Assembly: GCA_963693365.1 (NCBI GenBank)
Contig: CAVNZM010000005.1
Coordinates: 1,240,001-1,304,000 of the forward strand
Reading direction: 5' to 3'
DNA from: Amoebidium appalachense
Lineage: Eukaryota; Protista; Ichthyosporea
Length of the DNA: 64,000 bases
Shown here: positions 1 to 17,920 of the stretch, piece after piece
Numbering within the stretch: position 1 is the stretch's first letter
Layout: every line of letters begins with the position of its first letter
Translations under genes and position numbers: made by a program
The notes under the pieces: model-generated
Database searches by the model: none
Seen by the model: the letters and a program-made list of their open reading frames with translations, nothing else
What the model was told of the DNA's origin: nothing

Positions 1-442
1 ACTTGAATGCAGTTCCCGCTCGGTGGCAGTTGGCTGATTATAATTCCTACCTTAAATACACTGCTCACAGCTCTGATATTCTAACAAAAGCTCGTGCAAA
101 ACACGTGAAAGACGTACAACTATGTGTACTGAAGCCAAGCAAATGGTCAAATACCGACGACCATACCAACACCTGTCGGAAAAGTGCGCCTACTACAACC
201 ATACCAAACACGCGCACCTTTAGCTGCCTGGTATATAGGGCAGTTTGCATGACCTATGGATAATAACCAACTAGAGAAACTAGAGAAACATTCGTAAAAG
301 GTATTGATAATTATATGGTTAAGGTAAACGGCTGGTCTTTGCTCCATGAATTCACCACAGAGGAATAAGATACCTCACAAAACTAGAACTATATCACGAT
401 GAGGTAATGATAAAAACATTAAGGTTCGATTAACGAGGATGA

Positions 443-658
443 AACCATGCAATTGCGGCGATCAGTCTCCGGGCCAAATTCATATGAAAAACAGGGTTAC
501 ATCGAGAGTGAAAAGGTACACCAATAATGCGCTAGAGCTATAATTATCATGCAAAAATTATAGCTCTAGCGCATTATTGGTGTACCTTTTCACTCTCGAT
601 GTAACCCTGTTTTTCATATGAATTTGGCCGGGAGACCGATCGCCGCAATTGCATGGTT
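443..658. repeat. Long near-perfect inverted repeat (foldback), two 103-bp arms with a 10-nt loop
   Basis: 443-545 (aaccatgcaattgcggcg...gctagagctataatt) is the reverse complement of 556-658 with about 2 mismatches; loop atcatgcaaa. Confidence 0.95.
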
Positions 659-773
659 CCAGCTACCTTAACAGCAGCAAGGCGGAACGCAGGCATCGGT
701 ACGACTTATGGTAATAGAAGCAAACAGCACGTGCACGGGCACATGTGCACATTATCCCCCCCCCTTCCCTCCT

Positions 774-5848
<5,075 letters not shown>

Positions 5849-6349
5849 TCTCGACTCCCACTCGACGTCAATCAACAAGGTACAGCAAAACCTGCGTCAG
5901 CTAGGAAACAGTATATGCTAAGGTTATGTGAGGCTGTAGCTATAGCACTGCTGCGCACAAAAAATCTGAAATAAGATAATATTAGTTTGTGTTCGGATTT
6001 CGTGGAATGTAGAGTGGAATGTGTTTGCGCAATCGAACTCGGGCCTTGGCGACGTGGACAGCCACGGAGCTCAGCCAGTAGCTCAGCGACGGCCCACGTT
6101 CACGGGTCTCCGACTCGTTCACGAAGAATACGACCCAACGAATTCACCAAAAAAAATGAGTGAGCCGGTGTAGGAGAATGCATGCTTGTGTTGTGTGCAT
6201 GGTGGTGGTGGCATGTGCAGTGTGCGCGTGCATGTGCGGGTGCCCGTGGTCCGTGAACCGTGTGTGTAAGTGTGTGTAAAGTGTGTGTGTGTGTGTGCAC
6301 TGTATTGCCACTTGAGGGTGGGTGTGCGACACAGTTTTTTTTTTTTTTT

Positions 6350-6400
<51 letters not shown>

Positions 6401-6589
6401 AGGCCCTCTCAAAAAAGACGGCCTGGGCGGAGTGACGTCACATTTCGAACCCCGAGCGATCAGGGTATTATCTGAAGCCACCGTCGGACTGACCCACAGA
6501 ACACAAACACAGACGGGCGATCGCGATATCGATGTTTTTTCTTTTCTAGTCAATCCTCACACACCCACTCACGCACCCATTCACGCACG

Positions 6590-6646
<57 letters not shown>

Positions 6647-6697
6647 GTACACGCACACGCACACGCACACACACACACACACACGCACATACGCAGT

Positions 6698-7785
6698 ATG
6701 GCAGACGGGGACTCTGGTGCTCGGGAGAGCCCGGCTCCGGAAAAGCCAGACGGCCGGCTTGCCTCTGAAGAGGAGCGTAAGCAGAGGGAAAAACTGCTAC
6801 AGCGCTGGCTTATAGTTATTCGAACAGAGTGGAAAGACACGTTTAACCCTGCAAAAGCGCGCGTATGTGCTCGCCACTCTGCACTTACTGCATTCGGCAA
6901 AATGCCAGACGGTAGACCATTTCTCCTGCCAGACACCATGCCCACCATTTTCCCCAAATGCCCGGCGTATTTAAGCAAACCTTTGGCTGCACCACGTACG
7001 GACCCAGACGAGCGGAGGGCGAAAAAATGGACCCGTGGTGTGCTGCATTCACTAGCAGCAGTGACCCTCGGCTCGTATGGTTGGAAAATTTTGCAGAGTG
7101 GGTGGAAAAAATGCCGGCTAGGAGAGGGGGGTTTTACAGACGAAACACGGTGGTCGCTTGCCTTCACAAGCAGGACCATGGTTGGTTCTCCCCCCCCCCC
7201 CCCCCCCTCCCCCCTAGCCCCTGTGTAATCCCCTCTTACCCTCCCCCCCCCCCCCCTCCCGTCCCTCCCCTCCAAATATCAACACCCCTCATTTCCCTTC
7301 TTCAAGTGAAATTTCCTTATCCTCATACACAAGTCCCCCCCCCCCCCTCTTCCCTTTGATCCCGGCCTCCCAAAAACTTCTAAAATAGTAACTTTTCTTC
7401 TTAAATTTTTTTGGGTGGGCATTACTGGCACTGGTGGTGGTCGGGTGGTGGTGGTATTGAAGGGTTTAAGAAAGGGGGGAGAGGGGGGGGCGGGGGCTGC
7501 TGAAACCGGACGAGGTAGAGATCTGACTGCAAATTTTATTGTCTGCATGCAGGCGAGCTTGATCCGTTACCTACTTGACAGCGGCATGCACAAGTTTGTG
7601 CTGACAAGGAAGTTCCAGACCGACCCCCTTGTGGGTGCATTTGGAACCATCAGGCAGAGTACAGTGGCGGGAACTACAATGTTGGAACCGGCCAGGTATT
7701 GTACATGTCAAGCTTTAGCAATTACATGTTTTTTTTTTTTTTTTTTTTTTTAACCAATATCTCCTACCATTGATGATACTTACAT

Positions 7786-7816
<31 letters not shown>

Positions 7817-8019
7817 ACACACCCTCCCCCCCCACACACACCCACCCACCCCACCCAATCAATGATGTCATGCTAGTAGTAAGTAATAACAACAGCAACA
7901 ACCAAAAAAAAAAAATGACTCGGAAAGAAAAGAAAAAAGCAGGGGAAAAATTAAAGAGGGGAGAGGCAGAAGGGGGTGGGGGTTCCTCGGGGGGAGGGGA
8001 CGGAGGGAGGGGGGGGGGG

Positions 8020-8084
<65 letters not shown>

Positions 8085-8285
8085 CTGAGAGAAAGAGACG
8101 GGGGGGTGCCATACATTCATACATTGCAAGGGACTCCCATCCACCCACCATCTCAGATATACGAACCCCCCCCCCCCCCCCCTCCTCCCCCCACCCCAAA
8201 AAGAAAATAATACACGTATATTAATATTAATACTCCCTTCCCGTGTCTTTGTCCCCCCCCACACCCTCTCCACCCTCCCTCCTTT

Positions 8286-8333
<48 letters not shown>

Positions 8334-8391
8334 CGGGGCCCGGTTCCCCCTGGCGGGCGCACGCACACACACGGCACACACACACACACAC

Positions 8392-8459
<68 letters not shown>

Positions 8460-9334
8460 ACACATACGCACAGACCTTGGAGGCAGTCAAAAGGATGCGG
8501 GTGCAGAAGCTGGCGAAGATAGTGGTGCAGACGGGCACTAGTGTTGCAGATCTGTTTAAGGACGTAAATACAGCGTTAACGAGCGTGCGGAAAACAATCA
8601 CGTTGGAAAGTATACTTCCGTTGTACAACACCATGTGGGGGACCATGTTGTACAACATTGGTATGGCAATACAGAAACCACAAGTGCTAGCCTACCGCAC
8701 CGCATTCTACGTCCACGCAGTTGGTGAGCGTGGTGTGGGATGCACCTCCTGCCGTGCACCACTGGAGACCACGGATCCGAACGAGATTGAAAACGACACG
8801 CATTTCCGCCTCATTCAAGCTACATCACGGGGAGGCTTGTCAATGACTTACCCGTCCCGGGTTGCAAGCAGAATTGTTAGGCGAGTTTACGTAGTGCTTA
8901 AGGCATTGCTGGGGCCGTTCGTGTCTACATATCTACCCGCAGGCAACCACAGAACCGTAGCTGTGCTTCTGTGCGAGTACGCAGTCAAAATCCACCATGA
9001 CGATGCAAGTCTTGCGGAATCGTGCGGGCAATGCGGAACACCGAAACGTGCACTGGTGGAGTGCCTCATCACCGTGGCTACCAACTGTCACTTGAGTGTC
9101 TATGTGCGTGAACGCAAGGCACTTGCGAAGAAAGCCCCCAACAAAGCAAACAGGAAAGCAAAAACTCTCGAGGCGGCGGCGGCAGCAGCGTCAGAAGCCG
9201 TGTCGGGGGAAACAGGGGTGCAACATGAAACAGCAGGGAAGGCGTCGAGGGGGTCCCGGAGGGGAAATGGAGGGATCAGGGGTGGAAGGGGGGGGGGCAA
9301 GAGGAGAGAGGGAGGGAGCAAAGGGACGCATTGA
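6698..9334 (+). pseudogene. Degenerate THAP-domain / P-element (THAP9-like) transposase containing spliceosomal introns
   Basis: THAP C-terminal half (QRWLIVIR...ARVCARHS...PFLLPDTMPTIFPKCP). Then WLENFAEWVEKM...GGF, a frameshift to TDETRWSLAFTSRTM, intron 7181-7552, and ASLIRYLLDSGMHKFVLTRKFQTDPLVGAFGTIRQ (P-transposase FQ.DPLE..FG..RQ motif with E changed to V). C-terminal CTSC...LIQATSRGGLSMTYPS. Central catalytic core not seen; no TIRs identified. Confidence 0.78.
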
Positions 9335-10366
9335 ATAGAGGAAGGGGAAGAGGAGTAGCCCAACCAAAAGCGGTGCCCCCTCCCAGCAATCCCGTTGTCG
9401 AACAACCAGCCGACACGGTCAACCAGCAGACAGCGACAGTGACATTCTTGCCAGCCTAGATGCGGATTCCGAAGATGCTGAGTTCGATTCTCTGATAGAA
9501 GCTTATCTTGCAGAATACGAGCAGTATTAGTTATACTAGTACTACTGTTTATAGTTCTAGTGGTATGTAGTTTTTGTATAATAGATTGGGTAGTTACCGG
9601 GCATAGCAGTGCACGGTGGTGCACAAAGAGTTGACTGCCCAAACAATGTTAACGGGTTAGAATGTAGTTATTACTGTAACAACGTGACCCTAACACAAAT
9701 AGTAGTATAATAGTGCCTTCAGATTGACTTTAGCAGTAGCAGTAGCAGATAGCAGTTGCCTTAGCTATGGGCACACTCTCCCACAGTTTTTCCTCCCTGC
9801 GTTGTTGTATACCGGGCCACTCTCTACGATACCATGTTTATGTGTGTTAGATGTACCTGTCACATTTTGCATTCCGTCGGCGACTATTGCCGCTCGTGTA
9901 CTTGTGAATATGAAACATTAGTAACTTAGGTTTATTTTGCTGCGAAATCTATCAGCTAAATCACCGTTGTCTTATAAAAGGTTTTCTTCTCATTGTGTTC
10001 ATTTTCGTTACCACAGATACTGTTTTTCTATGTTTTCAGCCGCGAAGGTTTCAAATCGGTGGCTTCAAATACCAACTCCTCAATCGGACTAATTGGCCCC
10101 GCCCAGGCCGTCTTTTTTTCAGAGGGCCGTGGTAGGGAAGGGATTCTGCTTTCAATGAAAGCACACAGCAATGTGCTGTACAGTAGCTGTAGCATGGTAG
10201 GGTGCAAACATAGGTCCTGGCCCATGCGTGCGGAGTGGTATCGTGGTGACTCTTCAAGTTTTGCTTTGTTTCTGTATATATAAACGATCTACCCACGGCG
10301 ATGTGAGCCCAATCTCGGTTAGAATATGTTGTGTACACTGTAGGGTATATAGCTTAACCTCAAAGT

Positions 10367-10482
<116 letters not shown>

Positions 10483-11787
10483 CGGCCGCGGGCCCCAGGG
10501 CCTCCCCTCCTTAAACTAACCTTGGCAGTTTCCCCTCTGTCATCTACCCATGGATAACGGCAAGAACTTAGAAGTTGAGTTATACATATGTTTATTAGTT
10601 TGTTGTTGTTCGTTTCCTTTTCCCTTTTCCTTCCTTCCTTTCTTTCCTTCCTTTCCGTTTCCGTGTGCACAGATATCTTTGATCTGTGTACACATCGAGC
10701 CATTTGGCCCGCGCACATGTAATGTTGTTTGCGTTTACGTCTAAATAAGTTGTCCAATCAGCAGATCTCGTTTAATTTTCCCAAATATAGAAACCTACAT
10801 TCCTCCTTTATTCTACTCGATTCCTTTCCCATTCCATTCCTTTCTATCCTCATTCCTTTTCCTTCTTTTCCCACGACGTAGAATTGTTCTATGCTCCCCA
10901 GCTATTAGGAATACTTATATTTAGACGTGTTATGTTAAGAACATGTATAAATATATGATGTGAACTAATAGATACATAAGTGGTCTCATTTATGAAATGT
11001 TTCCGTACTTTCATTAGAAGATTGCGATTTATCTTCTATGTGTCGACAGGCATTTCGATCGATTTATTTTACCCTCATAGTTTTCGTCTTTCTGATTGGA
11101 TTAGCAAATTTATTTGCCCTCATAGTTTTTGTTCTTTTGATTGGCTTAGCATTTGTCGATTTCACATTCCCGACTCCCCGAGTATATAAGGGGACTTCAT
11201 CTTGAAATAAAAATTAAGCAGTTGAAAACATTTCATATGGTCCCAGAAATCGTTCCACCTCTCCGGTTGTGTTTCTCCCGTGTGTCTGTGTGTTGTGTAT
11301 ATCATAACACCCATCTGTGCACTCTGCTTCTCCATTAAACCCACACAAAATAACACCCTCCCCCCCCCCTCCCCCCCCCCTCCCCCCCCCCCCCTCGCGG
11401 GCTCCCCCTCCCCCCTTCCCCCCCGGGCCCAACTTGCAGCCGCCCAACTGGCAGGCCCAGCCGTAGCCCGCCCCCTCCCCACCCTCCCCGAAAGGCTTTG
11501 TGACCTCAGGCCCTTCTCAGCAAGGCTTCTCTCCCGGGAGCTCCCTTGCCGTGCACCCTCCCATCAAGCTTACCCCCCTCCCATGCATGTGCACGCTACC
11601 ATCAGTGCCCTCTCAGCTTCACAGTACTACACAGTAATAGCTTCAGAGTCCCACTAGCTATATGGCGCTTGCTAGCACAAGCAATTGCATCGGATGCTCT
11701 CCTCCTTTTATTTACTTTGTGGCGCGGGTGTGAGCCACTGGCGCACTGCATCGAGCTCATGGGAGTGTGGTGCATGCGCAAGCTTTA

Positions 11788-13018
11788 AGGCAAACCTTAT
11801 GATCCTTAACATAGACAAATCGTGTTCTTGTACCTGATATAGCAACAATTTACACACACTTACATTATCATCTAAACCTGTACCTATAGTTCCAGAATAC
11901 AAATATCTTGGTGTTCCGGTTAATTCTGTTGGTGTTATGTTTTCCCATATGGTCGAAAAGAGGGTAGAGCTGGCTCGCACTGGCAAGCGGTTAGCTTTCT
12001 TCTCGGCTAATATTTTTAAAGACACACCCCTCCATCCTTCTATTAGGCTTACATTTATTCGCACTTTTGTCTTCCCGGCATGTGAATATGGTTTACACAC
12101 CCTTCTCGCCGCTTGGATCAAGAAAGAGAGAACTAGAGCGCTTAAACCCTTGGCAAATTCCCTTGAAGCAGAAGGCAATGCCTCCTTTCTATCTAACAGG
12201 CTGTTGTAAACCTGGGCCTGTAATGCTCTCGATATATGGTCTGGTCCCAATAGCTGCTAGAGTATGATCCCACCTCGCGCTGAAATTCACGTGATAAGCA
12301 TTAAGCCGCTTAAAGAAGTATTTGCCCTCCCACCCTCTCTTCTCTATCCGACCTGTCCCCTCCTCACCTCTCCCCTCTTTCCTTCCCTCTCTACGCTCTC
12401 CTTCTCCCCCGGGCACAAATACAATAAACCCCGCAAAAGTGTGCGTGTGAATTTGGACTGCCACTTACTTTTTAGACTATGTACACAATCACAAGATAAT
12501 TACGCAATATAACAAATGGAAAAAGATACCACACGACACTAGACCCGATGAAAGCATACACCGTACCTTGAAAAACTAAGCCTTATGTCTCGTTTTATAT
12601 ATAATGACCGCCTTAACCATATTGCCAAATATGGCACTCGCAAATGTGTAACACCTAAATACATATTACCTTCCTTTAAAATTGGTCTTTCTCTAGCTGA
12701 TGGTATTATTGATCACATACCACGCTTTTACTGTACACGTGCTATACAGTGGAGATCCGATTAGTATAAGGTGGCATCGTTTGCATGCCCAAACAACACA
12801 CACACACACCAGTTTAAACGGTCACATTGTATCGCCAAATGTAATTTGATAGACCACATAATACCGCAACACACACACGTCACATTCACAACAGACACCC
12901 AGAAAGATAGCCTACCTGAAAATTACAACATCCTTGATTTTATACTAAACACGCATAACTACGACCTGTTTATTAGATGTATTGATTGGCTTGAGAAACA
13001 CATCATTACAAAATTCTA

Positions 13019-13067
<49 letters not shown>
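11788..13067 (+). mobile_element. 5'-truncated, decayed non-LTR retrotransposon (C-terminal RT/thumb and Cys/His region) ending in a (CA)n tract
   Basis: LNIDKS...PIVPEYKYLGVP (RT C-terminal motifs), IRLTFIRTFVFPACEYG (thumb), RAIQWR...ACPNNTHTHQFKRSHCIAKC. Several in-frame stops; final stop at 13019 followed by gcgcgc(ac)n. Confidence 0.78.
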
Positions 13068-13068
<1 letters not shown>

Positions 13069-13177
13069 CCAGCTGATACCGAGTGTCCCAGGGGAGCCCG
13101 AAAAACAGAAACAAAAAACGGGGAACCCCAACTAATTGATTTCTCTTAGTCCTTATGGTGTCTCGTAGACTCGGAAA

Positions 13178-13715
13178 GTAAACCCTGATATATAATCATC
13201 ACCCGGCCCGACATCTATGTATACGTACGTGATTGATATACCGCTAAGTAAACCCTGATATATAATCATCACCCGACATCTATGTACGTGATCGATATAC
13301 CGGAGGGGATATTCCGAGCAACAACCCCCCATACCTGAGACTGGTTTCTCTTTGCCTCGAGTAAACAGCGTAAACCCCATGGGAGTGTCATGACCTGTCT
13401 CTTGTGTCAGAGATCTTAGTGATCCTGTCGAGTATACTAACGAGATCTTAGGATGGAGAACATGAGTGTGAGGAAAGTGAGGGGAGAGAGCGGAGATGAA
13501 AGGGCAGAGAAATGGGGGAGGGAGGGAAGGGGGGAATTAGTCGTGCTGGGGACACTATGAACTGTGACGTTCTACCTCGGGGGCCAAAAAAACACAACAT
13601 ATATGCCCTCGAAAAAAACCGCCCAGAATAACCGGTCCGCCAAAACGAAGACCGGTCCGATCCGGTCCTACCCCTGGACCGGTCCGGACCGTCGGTCCGG
13701 TCTAGACCGGCCATG
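13178..13715. repeat. Short tandem duplication (gtaaaccctgatatataatcatcacccg x2) plus a GGACC/GGTCC palindromic cluster; probable DNA-transposon remnant
   Basis: Duplicated 28-mer at ~13178 and ~13248; dense ccggtcc/ggaccgg motifs at 13630-13712. Confidence 0.45.
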
Positions 13716-14221
13716 CCTTGCCAAGGATTTGGGCCCGGCCAGAATTTGCTTTTTTCCCAGTCAAGAGGGCATCATCGGAACGCTGAGTTCTTAGATTCGG
13801 GCAGATTGGGGCATCTGATTGGAGGTCCCTACCATCTACTTTGTTAGCTGAGAGTCAGTCCTTTCCCCTCCCCATACCCCTCCTTAGACCCAATCTTTCG
13901 GTCACGTGACCGTACCTTTTCTGACGGAGATTGGGAATAAACGTAGTGTTCATAAGACAGGTCACCGTTACTAGGACAGGTGCATAAATTATAACCCTAG
14001 CCCACACGACTATTAGTAATAGCAAAAGCATTCCCAAACACGCCGAAACTAATCTAATCATAAACAGAGAATAGAGTTCATATCTAACACATACATGCAC
14101 ACAAACTGAACGCAGAGAACTTCAGGAATACACTTGACAAATGTGTTGCATGCTTTCGTTACAGTCATACATATAATACTCGGCGTGGCTTCTTTGTTTG
14201 TTGTATCCCGGCACTTGCCGC

Positions 14222-14307
14222 TCAGTACTTGTACACCATCTGAAGAAACTGTGGAATAAGCTATGGTTAGTCGTGTGTGTGCTGGGCAACGGTGTAAACA
14301 AAGGAAA

Positions 14308-14343
<36 letters not shown>

Positions 14344-14773
14344 TGTATGTGGCACCCCACATGCACCACCCCCTCCCATTCTCCCCATCCCTCTTGTGTA
14401 CCCGTGCACACGTGTGTGCATTTTGATTACATGCACATGTGAACGTACACATGTACAGACATCCACTCCTGCGCCCCACACAAGTTTTTCCATACGTGTG
14501 CGTGATCGCACACATGTACGCAACACGCAACACGTGGACTAACCATGCAGAAATATAATCTTTGAGTCAGGGCACATACCGCATCATAGGGAATAGTGAT
14601 AACACCCCGGGGGGGGTTGTCCATCTTCTGGAAGTCAGCCGTCAGGGCCCTCAGCTTGACGATAGCAGCCACAAAGTCGTCAAAGCCAACACGTTTGCTG
14701 TTGTCGGCACTGTGTCTGTGCACACAACCAGAGTCAGCACGTACACAGTGTGCATCCTGCCCTGCCTCACCCC

Positions 14774-14804
<31 letters not shown>

Positions 14805-14873
14805 AAACAAAACAAAAAAAAAAAAAAACTGCATACTCAAACCACAGATCCCTACAGGTAGCCACATTTATCC

Positions 14874-14907
<34 letters not shown>

Positions 14908-14973
14908 ACACACACACAGAAACACACCACCACCACCAACAAAACCAAATGCGGTTGCTTTTTTCCCCCCCCC

Positions 14974-15007
<34 letters not shown>

Positions 15008-15664
15008 TGAGGGAGCAAAGGGGGAAGCTGAGCCCGTCCCTTTCTGCCCTAACCTCACACACACCCACATAGCTTCTACCAGCCCACAGTAATCACCAAT
15101 AGCACGCTCGCATACTCCCATACAAAAGTAACGTCCCAAGTTGAACTGAACACGTGTTCACCATCTGCTGTGTGCACCTCTAGCAAGCAATAGGAGGCAG
15201 AAGTTCAAGGGGGGGAGGGGAGGGGGGGGGGAGGGGGGGGGGGGGGGGGGGGGGGGAGTAAATAGACTTGGGTTCTCCCCATTGCTGTGTGTGTTGTGTG
15301 CGTGCGTGCGTGCGTGTGCGTGTGTGCGCGTGTGTGTGTGAACGGGAAAGCGGGGGGAGAGAGAGAAAGGGGACGGCGGCAGAGCAACATGTGCATATGC
15401 ACACGTGTGCATGTGCATGTGGTTGTGTGCGTAAAGCATAAGACATACTCCATTCTGCAAGTCCGACATCGGCAGTTAACAACTCACATGTCTAGCATGT
15501 AACACAGCAAAAATATGAGCACGGATTTGCACATCTTAAAGCAAACCAGCATACCAAGTCCGAAGAAAAGGAAACAGGGCTGGTTTAAAATGTATCATTC
15601 AAAGTACACATTCTTCACACATAACACATAACACAATGGATGGCTTTCCGACCCCGGGGGGAGG

Positions 15665-15699
<35 letters not shown>

Positions 15700-15895
15700 T
15701 GTACATACATTAATAGGTACATACACCTAACACACACACACCCACACCCACACCCACACCCACACCCACACACCCTATCTAGTAGAGAGGGAAAGAGGGG
15801 GGGGGGGGGGGGGGAGGGGGGGGCAGAGAGAGGGAGAAGTAGGAGAGGGGGTGAGGGGGTGAGGGGGGAGGGAGGGAGGGGGGGAGGGGGGGGGG

Positions 15896-15929
<34 letters not shown>

Positions 15930-16742
15930 ACGAGAGCCATCAAGGCAGTGAGATAACAGAAGTAAAGAGACGACTGAACCCCACCCCGTTTCCACCCCTT
16001 CCCACCCACGCACACAGTGTGGCCGGGGGTGGGGGGTATGTGGATAATTACCCTGCATACCTCCTAGCGATGGTGTCGATGGTCTGGGGGGACAGGTTGT
16101 AGCCCAGAGAGCGGGTGATGTTCTCAAGCTCCTTGGGGTCAATGAAGCCGCTTTTGTCTGCATACACAGGTCAGTTCACGTCTAGTCCTTGCAGGTGATA
16201 AAAAAAAGAGAGAAGAAGGGAAGGAAACTCACGTCCATAAACACACATATGAACTGTTGCCTTGCAAAGTCCTCCCTTGCATTGAAGCACAAAAACAATA
16301 AGGTCTTTCCTACCTCATATCTTCTACCATGGCAAGAAATGACCAGATGCCTCAATCACCACCATATGCAGACATACAGTCTCAGACACAATCAATAAGC
16401 TTGTAGACATAGCCTGGTCCATGCCACACCGACACACATCATGACGTGCATTTCAAACAAAGTCGTTTCTGGCGCATTCATCCCTCCACCACCTCCCCAC
16501 ACATACACACGTGCCCCCCCCCCCTCCCCCCCCCCCCACACACATACGAACACCACGGCCAAGAACCCAACCTGCCGCACAGCAGCACGTACCCTGGTCG
16601 TACATAACAAAGTAGCCCTTCCAGGCATTGAGGGTATTCCACAGCTCACGGAACTCGGGGAAGCTCAGGGTGCCGTTGTTGTCCTTGTCCAGCATGGCTA
16701 TCATCAGTCTGAAGGCACAAATTTTAAGTCAGAGGAGGTAGG

Positions 16743-16777
<35 letters not shown>

Positions 16778-16923
16778 GGAGGGGGATGATGGGGCCAACT
16801 GTGTACTTGGGACATGAAGGTAGAAGGGAAGCGTGAGGTGAGGGTAGGAGGGCAAACGCAAAAGGGGGTCTGTGCATTATGTACATGGGCTCGGTGCAGG
16901 TTTCCCCGACAATTGGGTGGGAA

Positions 16924-16955
<32 letters not shown>

Positions 16956-17322
16956 AAAATGTGTTGCCCATGTCGATGATTTAATATTAGAACGGATATG
17001 CAGAAAAGAACACACAGACGATATGCACAAACATAGAGCACCTATGACAAGAAGGCCCAAGCCACCCACGAACCCCGGGTTTCGAACCAAGGACCTCAGG
17101 CGTGGATCCCATTCTCGAAAGGAGAGAAGAGGGAGAGAGGGGGGAAAGGGGAGGAGGGGGGGGGGGGGGGGGGGGGGCAAGCCAAGCAAACGGAGGTGTG
17201 GTATCAGCATTAGCAGGATGGAAGCTGGGATTCAACAAGAAGAAAAAAAAGAGCAAAACGCGCACTGGGTAGTAGCGGGTTAGTGGTGCAGTTAGGGTGT
17301 GTCGACGGGAAGAAGAGCGGAG

Positions 17323-17354
<32 letters not shown>

Positions 17355-17867
17355 GGCAAGTACGCCACACCAAATATACTGTGCACAAGTCACAGCAACA
17401 CAAAGACACGAGCAAGTACGATGACCAATGGGCCAGTAAATAGTGCTGTGAATGGGCTGCTGCACAATCCCCCTGGTTTGATGTACTCTTCAGAGCCGCC
17501 TCGGTGCCGTTCCTAGTGCAAGCAGATGGCGTTTGGGGGTGGGGGGGAGGGAGGGGGGAAGGGGGGGGGGGGGGAGGTGGAGGGGGGGGGGGGGGCAAGA
17601 AGGGTGCGTGAGAGATAGGACTTGCCGGCATGTCTCTGTGGAGAAGGGCTTGTAGTTGCCGGTGAGGCCTGCAGAGGTCAGGGCCTTTTGCAGCTCATCC
17701 TGGTTGATGTGCCCAGACCGGTCCCTGTGCTACCTCGTTAGCCCTCAACACACATAAAGCTTAAAACCGTGGCTGGGGAGTGCTGCTAGGTATGTCACCA
17801 CATATCAATTGGTGCGAGACACGGTGGGAGACAGAAAATAACAAGCTCCGATAACAGCATATGAGAA

Positions 17868-17920
<53 letters not shown>

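Noticed and set aside
5930-10200. Terminal inverted repeats delimiting the P-like element
   Set aside because: Only weak, unconvincing similarity between ~5935 and ~10170; no TSD.
11708-12250. 180-aa minus-strand ORF
   Set aside because: It is the antisense shadow of the plus-strand RT remnant and has no motifs of its own.
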